Shown here: piece after piece, positions 45,231 to 54,307 of the stretch | Numbering within the stretch: the first letter of the stretch is position 1 | Layout: every line of letters begins with the position of its first letter | IMG/VR virus record: IMGVR_UViG_3300042922_001463 | Span: 1-59,244 of that record | Strand: one strand, 5' to 3' | From: a virus | Lineage: Duplodnaviria; Caudoviricetes | DNA length: 59,244 nt | Translations under genes and position numbers: made by a program | Notes under the pieces: model-generated | What the model was told of the DNA's origin: nothing | The model's database searches: none | Seen by the model: the letters and a program-made list of their open reading frames with translations, nothing else

Positions 45231-45272
45231 TCATTCTGTTAACGATTGAGCGGCGAGTCGAGTCGATTCGCC

Positions 45273-45342
45273 ATACTTCCGCGCATATTTTTTCATGCAC
45301 CAATGCATGATCCCTATTGTCAACGATCATGCACATAAGTAT
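45273..45342. promoter_or_regulatory. OL: three 14-bp operators matching OR
   Basis: ATACTTCCGCGCAT (45273), ATGCACCAATGCAT (45295), ATGCACATAAGTAT (45329). Confidence 0.75.
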
Positions 45343-45440
45343 GTTCATGTCATCGGCGCTCCTGCTGATGCGTGCCCGGCGGTGAGCCACTGCCCCCCGG
45401 TTAGCCGCCGGGCACGTCAACCGCTGATGGGATTTCCGCC

Positions 45441-45692
45441 ATGTGCGATTGCATCGAGCAGATCGACGCGAAGCTCGCCGAGCACAACAGCAAGCTCCAG
45501 ATCGGCTTCACTTTCGGAACGCCGGATCGCCCCGGCTTCACCTTTCCTGCGCTGACGACCGACAAGATCGACAAGCGCAATCGCGACAAGATGGGCGCGA
45601 TCCCGACCTTCTGCCCGTTCTGCGGCGAGAGGTACGTCGCCATTCCGGAGGCGCCGCAGCGCCCCGAGGCCGATCGCGCGCCGGCCCACTGA
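45441..45692 (+). CDS. Small Cys-rich early protein
   Basis: MCDC...FCPFCG. Confidence 0.75.
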   Translation: MCDCIEQIDAKLAEHNSKLQIGFTFGTPDRPGFTFPALTTDKIDKRNRDKMGAIPTFCPFCGERYVAIPEAPQRPEADRAPAH

Positions 45693-45785
45693 ACTCTGGC
45701 AGGTGCCAAGCACCGCCCGGCCGGATCGCTCCTCCCTGAAAACCCAAGTCGATCCGGCCGCCCTCCCCTTCGAAGGACGATGATC

Positions 45786-46151
45786 ATGTCCGACAAGAGC
45801 ATCGCGACAGAGCTCTCATCCATCTCGACCGCCGCTGCAGATGTGCTCGCCGAGCGCCGTCGGCAGGTCGAGGTCGAGGGATGGACTGCCGAGCACGACG
45901 ACCAGCACAGGCGCGGCCAGCTGGCGAGCGCTGGGGCGGCATATGCGATGGGTGTCACGGGGGTAGAAAGCTTTTTGACCCGCCCCGGACAGCCCACCGA
46001 ACGCGTCGCGAGTAGATTTTGGCCTTGGTCCGATGACTGGTGGAAGCCAAAGGACCGCCGCCACAACCTGGTGCGCGCCGCCGCCCTGCTCATCGCCGAG
46101 ATCGAGCGGCTGGATCGCGCAGCCGAGCGTGCCGGAGGCGAGCATGGCTAA
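45786..46151 (+). CDS. Conserved phage hypothetical protein
   Basis: DVLAERRRQ..EGWT.EHDD...WPW...WWKP...LVRAAALLIAEIERLDR. Confidence 0.85.
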   Translation: MSDKSIATELSSISTAAADVLAERRRQVEVEGWTAEHDDQHRRGQLASAGAAYAMGVTGVESFLTRPGQPTERVASRFWPWSDDWWKPKDRRHNLVRAAALLIAEIERLDRAAERAGGEHG

Positions 46152-46353
46152 GCTCCGTCCCGCCACCAACGAACAGCGCATTCGCGCCAAGGCCGCCGAA
46201 TTCCGGTTGCGCGCCGCGCTTGAAGACGCCGAGGCAGCCGACTGCCCGAAGCTCGCCCATCACATTCGCAGCGCTCTCAAGTCCGCTGACGGCGCCCGCC
46301 GCCACATGGAGCGTCGGCGCGCCGCAACCTCTCAGCGGAGTGATCAGCCGTGA
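46144..46353 (+). CDS. Small hypothetical protein
   Basis: GGAGG RBS, coupled on both sides. Confidence 0.6.
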   Translation: MAKLRPATNEQRIRAKAAEFRLRAALEDAEAADCPKLAHHIRSALKSADGARRHMERRRAATSQRSDQP

Positions 46354-46598
46354 TCGCCTCATCTGTCGTGACCGCACCGTCGGCCATTCGTAAGCGCTCC
46401 ATCGTCATCGCCGGCCACAAGACAAGCGTTTCCATGGAAGACGCGTTCTGGTCGGCCCTTCGCGACATTGCGGCGGCATCCAAGCGGACGCTCTCCGACT
46501 TGGTCGCCGAGGTGGATGCAACTCGCGACAACGGCAACCTGTCCTCGGCGCTCCGCCTGCGCGTGCTGGCCTATTACCAGAACGGGAGGCCGCAGTGA
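46350..46598 (+). CDS. RHH_4-type ribbon-helix-helix protein
   Basis: KRSIVIAGHKTSVSMEDAFW...NLSSALRL. Confidence 0.88.
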   Translation: MIASSVVTAPSAIRKRSIVIAGHKTSVSMEDAFWSALRDIAAASKRTLSDLVAEVDATRDNGNLSSALRLRVLAYYQNGRPQ

Positions 46599-46804
46599 TC
46601 GCGCCCTCGGCCGCTCCGAGCGAGTTGCAGCAGACACCTGCCTACCTCGCCAGAGAGCCCCTCGCCCTGGTGATCAGCCAAGTGGAGACGATGCTGGCGC
46701 AAAGCCAGGACACGACCGCTGTCCTTCAGGAGCAGCTCCGAAACCTGAAGGCGTTCGACCGTCGGCTCCGTGACATGCCGCTGGATGAGGTGCGCCATGG
46801 GTAG
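46595..46804 (+). CDS. Small coiled-coil hypothetical protein
   Basis: GTGA coupling, RBS. Confidence 0.55.
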   Translation: MIAPSAAPSELQQTPAYLAREPLALVISQVETMLAQSQDTTAVLQEQLRNLKAFDRRLRDMPLDEVRHG

Positions 46805-47174
46805 CACCATTTTCAGCGCCAAGCGGCGGACCGAAATTGCGGCGACCCGCAGGCTGTTCGTTCAGCGCTTTCCGCGCTGCTTCCGCGCCCCCGGCATGAC
46901 CAAACTGCCGCTCGCACGAACTATCTACCAAGACCTCCGCCAGGAGTTGCCCGAGGTGCGCGGCCGGCTGCTCCGCGACGCGCTGCACGACTACACCACC
47001 GGCCGCTCGTACCTCCGAGTTCTGATCGAAGACGCCTCGCGCGTCGACCTCGACGGCTGGCCGGTGAGCGTCGTCTCCGAGGCCGAGGCCCGCAATGCCC
47101 GACGCCAGTTGCGCGACCTCCTCACCCAGTTCGCCCCGAAGGAAAAGGACCATGTTGCACACCCTGCTGCATGA
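46797..47174 (+). CDS. ProQ/FinO-domain RNA chaperone
   Basis: RFPRCF...LPLARTIYQDL...ALHDYT...YL...RVDLDG...V. Confidence 0.8.
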   Translation: MGSTIFSAKRRTEIAATRRLFVQRFPRCFRAPGMTKLPLARTIYQDLRQELPEVRGRLLRDALHDYTTGRSYLRVLIEDASRVDLDGWPVSVVSEAEARNARRQLRDLLTQFAPKEKDHVAHPAA

Positions 47175-47253
47175 AGCGGCGGCCTTGGCCGCGCTCGGGC
47201 TCTTCGTCGCCGCTGTCGGCCTCTGGTCCGGCATTCTGACAGGAGCGGTCTGA
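47152..47253 (+). CDS. 33-aa single-TM peptide (absent from the ORF track)
   Basis: AAGGA RBS; TGATG coupling to next gene. Confidence 0.5.
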   Translation: MLHTLLHEAAALAALGLFVAAVGLWSGILTGAV

Positions 47254-47453
47254 TGGAATCCGCTGCCCTCGCCTCCGAGGTCGCCAGCGCCAACCGGCAG
47301 TTCTGGTACGCCCTGACGATGGGAGCCACGCTCATGTTCCCCTTCGTCGTGCTCGCCTTCGTCCTCGGCCTTCGCTTCGCCGATCAGGACGATTTCCCCG
47401 ACCCGCACGCCCACCCCTATGGCGACGATCCCGGACAGGTGCCGCATGGCTGA
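47253..47453 (+). CDS. Small TM protein
   Basis: AGGAG RBS; hydrophobic core. Confidence 0.6.
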   Translation: MESAALASEVASANRQFWYALTMGATLMFPFVVLAFVLGLRFADQDDFPDPHAHPYGDDPGQVPHG

Positions 47454-47652
47454 CATCGTCGACGCCATGGCGATCACGCTCGCCCAATCCTCCGTCGACC
47501 TCTCCGACGAAGCGGAGACGGCCATCCTCCTGCTGGAGGCGGGCTACGACGAGCATGAGATCACAGACGTTCGCCACCTCGCCGTCCGCGAGGCGCGCCA
47601 CCGCCGGCATGTGAACGCCATCTGCGCCGGCATGGAGGTCGCCCATGGGTGA
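47446..47652 (+). CDS. Small hypothetical protein
   Basis: Coupled overlaps within operon. Confidence 0.6.
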   Translation: MADIVDAMAITLAQSSVDLSDEAETAILLLEAGYDEHEITDVRHLAVREARHRRHVNAICAGMEVAHG

Positions 47653-48265
47653 CGTGACCTATGTCGCCAAGGGCGCCGAGATCTCCGCTTGCGGCACCTA
47701 TCGCTACCGCCTCTGGCGCGAGTGGCGTCTCCATCCCTTGCCGGCGCAATGGGATATGTGGGCGGAGAACGACGGCACCCCGATCGTCGACGGCGCCGGC
47801 GCGCAGCTCGGCGAGCCCAAAGCCTGCGTCTTCGTCATGCTCAACCCGTCGACAGCCGACGGCGAGGAAGACGACCCGACCATTCGCCGCTGCGTCGGCT
47901 TCGCTCGGGCATGGGGCTATGACCGCCTCGAAGCTATCAACCTCTTCGCCCACCGCTCCACCGACCCCAAGGCGCTGTTGGCGCTCAAACATGATCAGGA
48001 CCCGGTTGGCGTCTTCAATCAGCGGGCCTTCCATGGAGTTCTGTTCGGCGGATATCCCCTCGGCGTCATCGTCTGCGCATGGGGCTCCCACGGCGCCCAT
48101 CTTGGCCAGGACGAGACGGCCCTCGGCTGGCTTGGCAATCACGAACGGTATGCGCTCGGGTTGACCAAGGACGGCCACCCCCGCCATCCCCTCTACGTCA
48201 AAGCAGACGCGTCGCCGGTGGAGTTTCGACCCGCGCGCGGCACGCGGAGCTATGCCCATGGCTGA
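47645..48265 (+). CDS. DUF1643 protein
   Basis: YRYRLWR, FVMLNPSTAD..DDPTIRRC, NLFA, AWG, PRHPLY. Confidence 0.9.
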   Translation: MGDVTYVAKGAEISACGTYRYRLWREWRLHPLPAQWDMWAENDGTPIVDGAGAQLGEPKACVFVMLNPSTADGEEDDPTIRRCVGFARAWGYDRLEAINLFAHRSTDPKALLALKHDQDPVGVFNQRAFHGVLFGGYPLGVIVCAWGSHGAHLGQDETALGWLGNHERYALGLTKDGHPRHPLYVKADASPVEFRPARGTRSYAHG

Positions 48266-49304
48266 CCCTCGCAAGCTCGACGTCCGCCTGCACGACACTC
48301 GGGTCGGCATATGGCAGGAGGATCCGAACGATCCGACCTTCAAGAGCCAGATCTTCGACGGCATCATTCGCCTGCTGCGGCGGCGTGGCTGGACGGTCAC
48401 CCACGATCCGCACACCCTCAAGCACTACCGCTGCATTTCCAAGTACACCCGGCTGGCACGTAAGGGAAACCTGCACGCATCGCTGCAGGTCCACGGCCGC
48501 TCGATCGAGTTCGAATGCTGGGCTGAGACCTGGCAGAAGGTGAACGTCAACGGGCACCGCTACGACTTCGATAAGCGCCAGCGGTTCGATTACATCGATC
48601 GGCTCCGGCTCGAGCTCGAAGAGCGGGCGATCATCGTGTGGCTGTCCGATCGCGCCGCGGTGTCGGTCGATCGACACAAGCCGATGCCGAGCACCGGGGC
48701 GATCACCGCTCTCGACTTCCTCAAGGCTGGCTATGCCAAGTCCTGGCACACCGACAAGGCGCTCGGTCGCCCGACATGGGGACAGGATTACAACCGCAAG
48801 AGCGCCGATGGCTTCCTGCTGGAGCACGGGGCAACGGTCTGGACGACGGACGGCAAGGGCCGGCTCATCCGCGGCGTCGCCTACTACCACAACAACAATA
48901 TGTGGTGGGTCGTTGCCGGGCCGCACACGCTGCTCAATCAGGCATGCCGGGAGATCTATGCCGAGCAGCCGGACGACCTTCGCCGTAAGCGCAATGGGCG
49001 TGCGCGTCGAAACCGGCTTGAGCGGGAACTCGCGAAGGCGGTCTCGGTTCACGACTATCGCCGCGCCGAGATCCTGAAGCGCATCATCTTCGGCGATGAG
49101 CCGGTCTACCGCATCTGGTCCCGCAAGAACGACTGCTTCTATGCGCCTCAGTACTGCGGCTACACGACCGATGAGAACCGCGCCGGCCGCTACACGCGAG
49201 CGGAAGCCGAGCGTGAGGTGCGCCGCGTTCCCCATCATCTGCACGCCATAGGGCCGGACGGCCGGCGGGAAGACTTCGGCATGGCGGGGGCGGCCCATGG
49301 CTGA
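48258..49304 (+). CDS. Hypothetical phage protein
   Basis: Long coupled ORF with good codon usage; C-terminal GYT...AGRYT.AEA. Confidence 0.8.
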   Translation: MADPRKLDVRLHDTRVGIWQEDPNDPTFKSQIFDGIIRLLRRRGWTVTHDPHTLKHYRCISKYTRLARKGNLHASLQVHGRSIEFECWAETWQKVNVNGHRYDFDKRQRFDYIDRLRLELEERAIIVWLSDRAAVSVDRHKPMPSTGAITALDFLKAGYAKSWHTDKALGRPTWGQDYNRKSADGFLLEHGATVWTTDGKGRLIRGVAYYHNNNMWWVVAGPHTLLNQACREIYAEQPDDLRRKRNGRARRNRLERELAKAVSVHDYRRAEILKRIIFGDEPVYRIWSRKNDCFYAPQYCGYTTDENRAGRYTRAEAEREVRRVPHHLHAIGPDGRREDFGMAGAAHG

Positions 49305-50247
49305 CCGCTCCGCCATCGAATGGACCGACGCGACGTGGAATCCCATCGTCGGCTGTTCGGTCGTCTCTGCCGGCTGCACCAACTGCTACGCCATGAAGAT
49401 GGGCGGCCGACTTCAATCGATTGCGGAAGCGGAGCGTGCCGCGAACATCATCGGAATCACGCAGTACGTTGGGCTGACCGAAAAGAGTAAGGCCGGGCCG
49501 GTGTGGACCGGCAAGGTCACGCTCGCGCCCGAGCACATCATCGCCCAGCCGCTTCGCTGGCGCCGGCCGCGGCGCATCTTCGTCAATTCGATGGGCGATC
49601 TCTTCCATGAGAGCGTGCCCGACGAGTGGATCGACCGCGCTTTCGCCGTCATGGCGCTGACCCAGCAGCACACCTATCAGGTGTTGACGAAGCGCTCGGC
49701 GCGGATGCGGGAATACGTCGGCCAGTGGTTCGAGCGGCTCGCTCGCTACGATGTTCCCGTCGAGCATCCGACCGGCCGCGCCAACTTCCGTGACCTCGTC
49801 GACTGGCATGTCCTGCCGGCGGTTCTTCCGAACGTCTGGCTCGGCGTCTCGACCGAGGATCAGCGACGCGCCGACGAGCGCGTGCCCGATCTGCTTGCCA
49901 CGCCGGCGGCGATCCGCTTCGTCTCGGCCGAGCCGCTGCTCGGGCCGATCGACTTTCGACGCATCAGGATCGCCAGTGGCTGGTACGACGCACTCGCCAG
50001 CTGGCGCGATGTGGAAGAGCAGTTCCCGGGCATCGACGAAACGCTCGACCTCGTCATAGCCGGCGGCGAGAGCGGCATAGGGGCCCGGGTTTGGGATGGC
50101 TTCTATGCTGCCGCCCGATCGTTGCGGGTCCAGTGCAAGTCAGCTGGCACAGCCTTCTTCATGAAGCAGACACAAGGCGCGCTGAAGTCGCGCATGCCGG
50201 CGATCCCTGAGGACCTCATGATCAGGGAGATGCCCCATGCGCGGTAA
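49297..50247 (+). CDS. DUF5131 (phage Gp37/Gp68) protein
   Basis: IEWTDATWNP, GC..S.GCTNCYA, FVNSMGDLFH, EPLLG, GGESG, FFMKQ. Confidence 0.92.
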   Translation: MADRSAIEWTDATWNPIVGCSVVSAGCTNCYAMKMGGRLQSIAEAERAANIIGITQYVGLTEKSKAGPVWTGKVTLAPEHIIAQPLRWRRPRRIFVNSMGDLFHESVPDEWIDRAFAVMALTQQHTYQVLTKRSARMREYVGQWFERLARYDVPVEHPTGRANFRDLVDWHVLPAVLPNVWLGVSTEDQRRADERVPDLLATPAAIRFVSAEPLLGPIDFRRIRIASGWYDALASWRDVEEQFPGIDETLDLVIAGGESGIGARVWDGFYAAARSLRVQCKSAGTAFFMKQTQGALKSRMPAIPEDLMIREMPHAR

Positions 50248-50599
50248 GCACGGGCATCATGTAAAGGCCTCGCGTCAACACCGCTGGAAGCCCGGAAGCC
50301 GGGTCGGCTCGACAGGGCATGTAAAGGTGCGGGTAGGACGTGGCCATCCGCTCGCTGACCCGAATGGGTGGGCCTACGAGCATCTTGTTGTTTGGTGCGC
50401 TGCCGGTCGCCCGCGGCCCGGCCGTGGTGAAGTGTTGCACCACCTCAATGAGGATAAGACCGACAATCGCATCGAAAACCTGCATCTCATGACGAAGTCG
50501 GAGCACAACGCGCTCCACTTGCAGGCTCGGCCTCGCTGTCCGGAAACCGGCCGCCTCCTCGACGGCGTCGAGCACAACGCCATGCCGGAGGTGCGCTGA
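50237..50599 (+). CDS. HNH endonuclease (HNH_3-like)
   Basis: YEHLVV...VLHHLNEDKTDNRIENL...H. Confidence 0.85.
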   Translation: MRGKHGHHVKASRQHRWKPGSRVGSTGHVKVRVGRGHPLADPNGWAYEHLVVWCAAGRPRPGRGEVLHHLNEDKTDNRIENLHLMTKSEHNALHLQARPRCPETGRLLDGVEHNAMPEVR

Positions 50600-50601
50600 C
50601 C

Positions 50602-51045
50602 ATGCTCACCTCTCGCCAGCACGAGCTCCTTCGGTTCATCGACGGCTACGTCAAGCAGCGCGGATCCTCCCCGAACCTCGGCGAGATGGCCGAGGCGATG
50701 AACCTCAAGTCCAAGACCGGAATCAATCGGATGCTGAACGTGCTCGAGGATCGGGGCTTCGTCCGCCGCCTGCCGAACCGGGCGCGTTCGGTCGAGATCC
50801 TGCGCCTACACGATACGGCCACTACGGCCGCCCTCGACGACTTCCACAATCGCCTCCGGATCATGGTCGGCATCGACATGCACGAGCTCGTCGAAGCCGG
50901 CGCCATCGCGGCGAACGACCGGAACGCGTGGGAATCCTTCCGGCTCGATCCCTACCGGTTCTTCATCCGTGCCGATGACGACACCGCCGCGAAGATCTGG
51001 TCGGTGATCGAGCGGCGCGCGAACAAGCGAGGCTTCCATGTTTGA
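50602..51045 (+). CDS. LexA DNA-binding domain fused to a non-peptidase C-terminus
   Basis: MLTSRQHELL...EMAEAMNLKSKTGINR...LEDRGFVRRLPNRARSVEI. Confidence 0.85.
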   Translation: MLTSRQHELLRFIDGYVKQRGSSPNLGEMAEAMNLKSKTGINRMLNVLEDRGFVRRLPNRARSVEILRLHDTATTAALDDFHNRLRIMVGIDMHELVEAGAIAANDRNAWESFRLDPYRFFIRADDDTAAKIWSVIERRANKRGFHV

Positions 51046-51340
51046 GGCGCGCCCCGCTCGCGGAGGGAATGCAAATAGGAGCAGCCAGCCAGAGGTAAGA
51101 AATCCCGTACTGGCGCTGCCGGCCGCTCAACGCATCGCTGAGCTCTCGCCGGAGGCACGCGCACTGCTCGGTGACCTTCTCGGTGAGCTCGCTGCCGACG
51201 CGCGGAGCCGCGCTCAAAGGAGCTGGCTCCAGAATAAGGGGCCGATGGCTCTCTACTGGAAGGCGTTGAGCGTCTATGCCGCCCACCTGCGCCGAGCGCT
51301 GCGGAACATCAACACGATGCCGGCAGGTGACGGCCGATGA
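51038..51340 (+). CDS. Hypothetical phage protein
   Basis: GAGG RBS, overlap; KGPMALYWKA. Confidence 0.7.
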   Translation: MFEARPARGGNANRSSQPEVRNPVLALPAAQRIAELSPEARALLGDLLGELAADARSRAQRSWLQNKGPMALYWKALSVYAAHLRRALRNINTMPAGDGR

Positions 51341-51345
51341 CGCGA

Positions 51346-51624
51346 TCAGCACAGCGGTCTGCGCGGGTCCTCCCCCTCGCCTTCAGCGACATGCACCGCC
51401 AGTCCTGCGGGCGAGCAGCGCAACACGTCCACGCGCACCGACAGGCCAGATTCCAGCACGAGCGTCGCGTGTCGCGCGCCAGCCGCCTCAATCATGGTCG
51501 CCAGTTCAGCGAGGACCTCGCCGTCGATGCCCGCTGCGGTACGCGTCAGGTGGTAGCAAGCCGTGGAGGCCCCGAGGCCGGCCGTGCGCAGCCAGCCATG
51601 GCCCGAAATGACGGTCGTCGACAT
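51346..51624 (-). CDS. Antisense-inserted hypothetical protein (paralog of 34636-34929)
   Basis: GGAGA RBS; ISGHGWLR...ATLVLESG. Confidence 0.6.
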   Translation of the reverse strand: MSTTVISGHGWLRTAGLGASTACYHLTRTAAGIDGEVLAELATMIEAAGARHATLVLESGLSVRVDVLRCSPAGLAVHVAEGEGEDPRRPLC

Positions 51625-51779
51625 GTTCTCCCCCATGGTCCGACAACTCTGCGGACCAACGGGGGGCCGGGAACCACGTTCCAGGCGGTCACGCGCCTTC
51701 GAGGATCGCAGTTAACCCTTGGTTTCGATGGTGGCGAGGCATGAGCGCGCCCCTGTCCTACCGCGGGCACCACGAAGCT

Positions 51780-52256
51780 TCACCCAACTCGGCGCAGGAT
51801 GCGCAAAGGACTTGGGGTGACGATCTCCCAACAATCGAGATGCTCGTGCGCCTCAATCCGGAACGGCTGTGCGCCGGACCAATAACGCCGAGCGACCTCG
51901 GCCATGGAAAGACCGGCGACGGGTTGCACGCAATTGAAGTCGCCGCGGTGTTCGCCCGCCGATGCGTCTTCCTTCGTGACCTCGTAGATCACCGCGCGCG
52001 GGCTGCCCGTCCTTACGGCGTGCTGCACATAAAACTCGGCCACGGGGAGGCAGTCGCACGCGAAACAGGCGAAAAGCCGACTCGGCTTCTCAGGTGCGTG
52101 GGTAGCTCTCCATTCCTCCAATGCCATCTCGCGGTTCCAGTGCGAGTGCTGGTCGGCTCGGTCGCGCAAAAGGCGCCCCCAGTTCCCGGGCATCACCACG
52201 CTGCCAGGCGCCAGGAGGATCGGCGCCGAGTGGAAGAGCGGTCGCGTCGTAATCAT
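51780..52256 (-). CDS. DUF2441-like protein, possible ADP-ribosyltransferase fold
   Basis: LFH, LEEWR...PEKPSRLFACF, YW, WEI. Confidence 0.6.
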   Translation of the reverse strand: MITTRPLFHSAPILLAPGSVVMPGNWGRLLRDRADQHSHWNREMALEEWRATHAPEKPSRLFACFACDCLPVAEFYVQHAVRTGSPRAVIYEVTKEDASAGEHRGDFNCVQPVAGLSMAEVARRYWSGAQPFRIEAHEHLDCWEIVTPSPLRILRRVG

Positions 52257-52330
52257 GGCGGCGTTTCCTGCTGGATAGGAGCATCCACCACGATTGAACG
52301 GAGCGCGGACCCTGTCGAGAGGATCGCGGC

Positions 52331-54307
52331 ATGACGCGCAAGATCCTCGTCGCCGATCTTCTCTGCGGTGCCGGCGGCTCGTCGACCGGCGCGCAGCGCG
52401 CGCTTGCCGAGCTCGGGCTCGAGATGGAACTCGTCTGCGTCAACCACTGGCCGGTGGCGATCGACACCCATAGCCGCAACCATCCCGAGGCCCGGTACTA
52501 TGTGCAGGACATCTCGACGGTGCGACCGCACATCCTGGTGCCGGAGGGCTATCTCGACCTCCTGATGGCCTCGCCGACCTGCACACACCATTCGGTGGCG
52601 CGCGGCGGGAAGCCAACCAGCGACCAGCAGCGCAGCGATCCCTGGCACATCATCACCTGGCTCACCGAGCTCAGGGTGAAGCGCATCATCATCGAAAACG
52701 TGTGGGAGTTCATCGGCTGGGGGCCGGTCGACCCGAAGACGGGCAAGCCCATTCTCTCCCGCAAGGGCGAGTACTTCCACGCATGGATCGAGACCATCAA
52801 GCGGCTCGGCTTCGAGCCGGAGTGGCGCAAGCTGAACGCCGCCGACTATGGCGACGCCACCACGCGCCAGCGCTTCATCTTGATGGCGCGCTCCGACGGG
52901 CGGCGGGTGCACTGGCCCATGCCGACGCACCGCAAGCGCGACCAGATCTCCGATGACCTGTTTGGCGGCGCCAAGCCGTGGCGCCCGGCACGGGACATCA
53001 TCGACTGGCAGATCAAGGGCAAGTCGATCTTCAACCGGAAGAAGGCGCTCGCACCGAAGACGCTGGCGCGCATCTATGCCGGCGCGGTGAAATTCGGCTG
53101 GCCGGAGCCCTTTCTCGTCATCCTGCGAAACCACATGGCGGCGCAGGGCCTTGACCGGCCATTGCCGACCATAGCGGCGAACGCGACGCATATCGGGCTG
53201 GCGCAGCCGGTGATCGTCCGCAGCAACATGCATGGGCGGAAATCGCCGGGTGCGCGCGGTGCGCAGGATCCTTTGCCGACGATCACGACTGACGGCGACC
53301 TCGCCTTCGCCGAGCCCATCGTCCTGTCGCAGCACAACAGCGGCGCCGCGCGTTCGGCCGATGATCCCTTGCCCACCATCACCACGGGTGGGGCGGCGAC
53401 CGAGGACCATCCCGGCTGCGCGCGACCGATGCTGGTCGAGCCGTTCGTCATATCGCCACGGCATGGCAAGGACGATGCCGGTCCTCGGCCGCGCGCCGTA
53501 GGCGAGCCACTCCCGACGATTACGGCCGGCGGAAGCCAGGTCGCCATGGTTGAGCCTTTCGTGCTCTCCCGCCATGCGGAGGGCGCCGCCCGCTCTGTCG
53601 ACGAGCCAGTGCCTACTCAGGTCGCGAAGCACAGCCATCTGTTGATCACGTCTTACTACGGGCACGGCTGGCAAGAGAAAGCCGGCGCACCGCCGCCGTG
53701 CCAGAGCGCCGATGACCCGCTGCCGACCGTCACGGCCAAGGGCCGCTTCGGCATGGTGGTTCCCGTCACCCACTCGAAGGGCGGGAACGGAGCACGCGAC
53801 GTAGCGGAGCCGATTCCGACGCTGACGACGACCAAGGGCGGCGAATTCGCCGTCGTGATGCCGGTCACCCATCAGGACGGCAGCGACCGCGTGCGTGACG
53901 CTTCCGAGCCGCTCCCGACCATCACGGGCGCCAATCGCGGCGAGCTTGCCTTCATCGCCGCGCAGTTCGGCGAGCGCGAGGGCCAGGCGCCGCGCGTGCA
54001 TGACATCGGCGAGCCGATGCCGACCATCTGCGCCACCGGCGGCAGCACGACGCTCGTCGAGCCGGGGGACGGACAGCACTTCGACATCCTGTTCCGGATG
54101 CTGGAGCCGCACGAGCTCGCCGCTGCCATGGGCTTCAACACCGAGGAAGCAACCTATGAGTTCGCAGGCACCAAGACGGAACAGGTCAAGCAGATCGGCA
54201 ATGCCGTCGCCGTTCGGATGATGAAGGCGTGCGTCGGCGCGGTTATGGCCGATGCGGCGCCGAAGCGGCGTCAGAACGCCTCCGAGTTTCGGGATGCGGC
54301 CGAATGA
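52331..54307 (+). CDS. C5-cytosine DNA methyltransferase with repeat-expanded variable region
   Basis: DLLCGAGG, ASPTC, ENV, RQRF, QIGNAV; nine P(L/V/I/M)PT repeats. Confidence 0.93.
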   Translation: MTRKILVADLLCGAGGSSTGAQRALAELGLEMELVCVNHWPVAIDTHSRNHPEARYYVQDISTVRPHILVPEGYLDLLMASPTCTHHSVARGGKPTSDQQRSDPWHIITWLTELRVKRIIIENVWEFIGWGPVDPKTGKPILSRKGEYFHAWIETIKRLGFEPEWRKLNAADYGDATTRQRFILMARSDGRRVHWPMPTHRKRDQISDDLFGGAKPWRPARDIIDWQIKGKSIFNRKKALAPKTLARIYAGAVKFGWPEPFLVILRNHMAAQGLDRPLPTIAANATHIGLAQPVIVRSNMHGRKSPGARGAQDPLPTITTDGDLAFAEPIVLSQHNSGAARSADDPLPTITTGGAATEDHPGCARPMLVEPFVISPRHGKDDAGPRPRAVGEPLPTITAGGSQVAMVEPFVLSRHAEGAARSVDEPVPTQVAKHSHLLITSYYGHGWQEKAGAPPPCQSADDPLPTVTAKGRFGMVVPVTHSKGGNGARDVAEPIPTLTTTKGGEFAVVMPVTHQDGSDRVRDASEPLPTITGANRGELAFIAAQFGEREGQAPRVHDIGEPMPTICATGGSTTLVEPGDGQHFDILFRMLEPHELAAAMGFNTEEATYEFAGTKTEQVKQIGNAVAVRMMKACVGAVMADAAPKRRQNASEFRDAAE

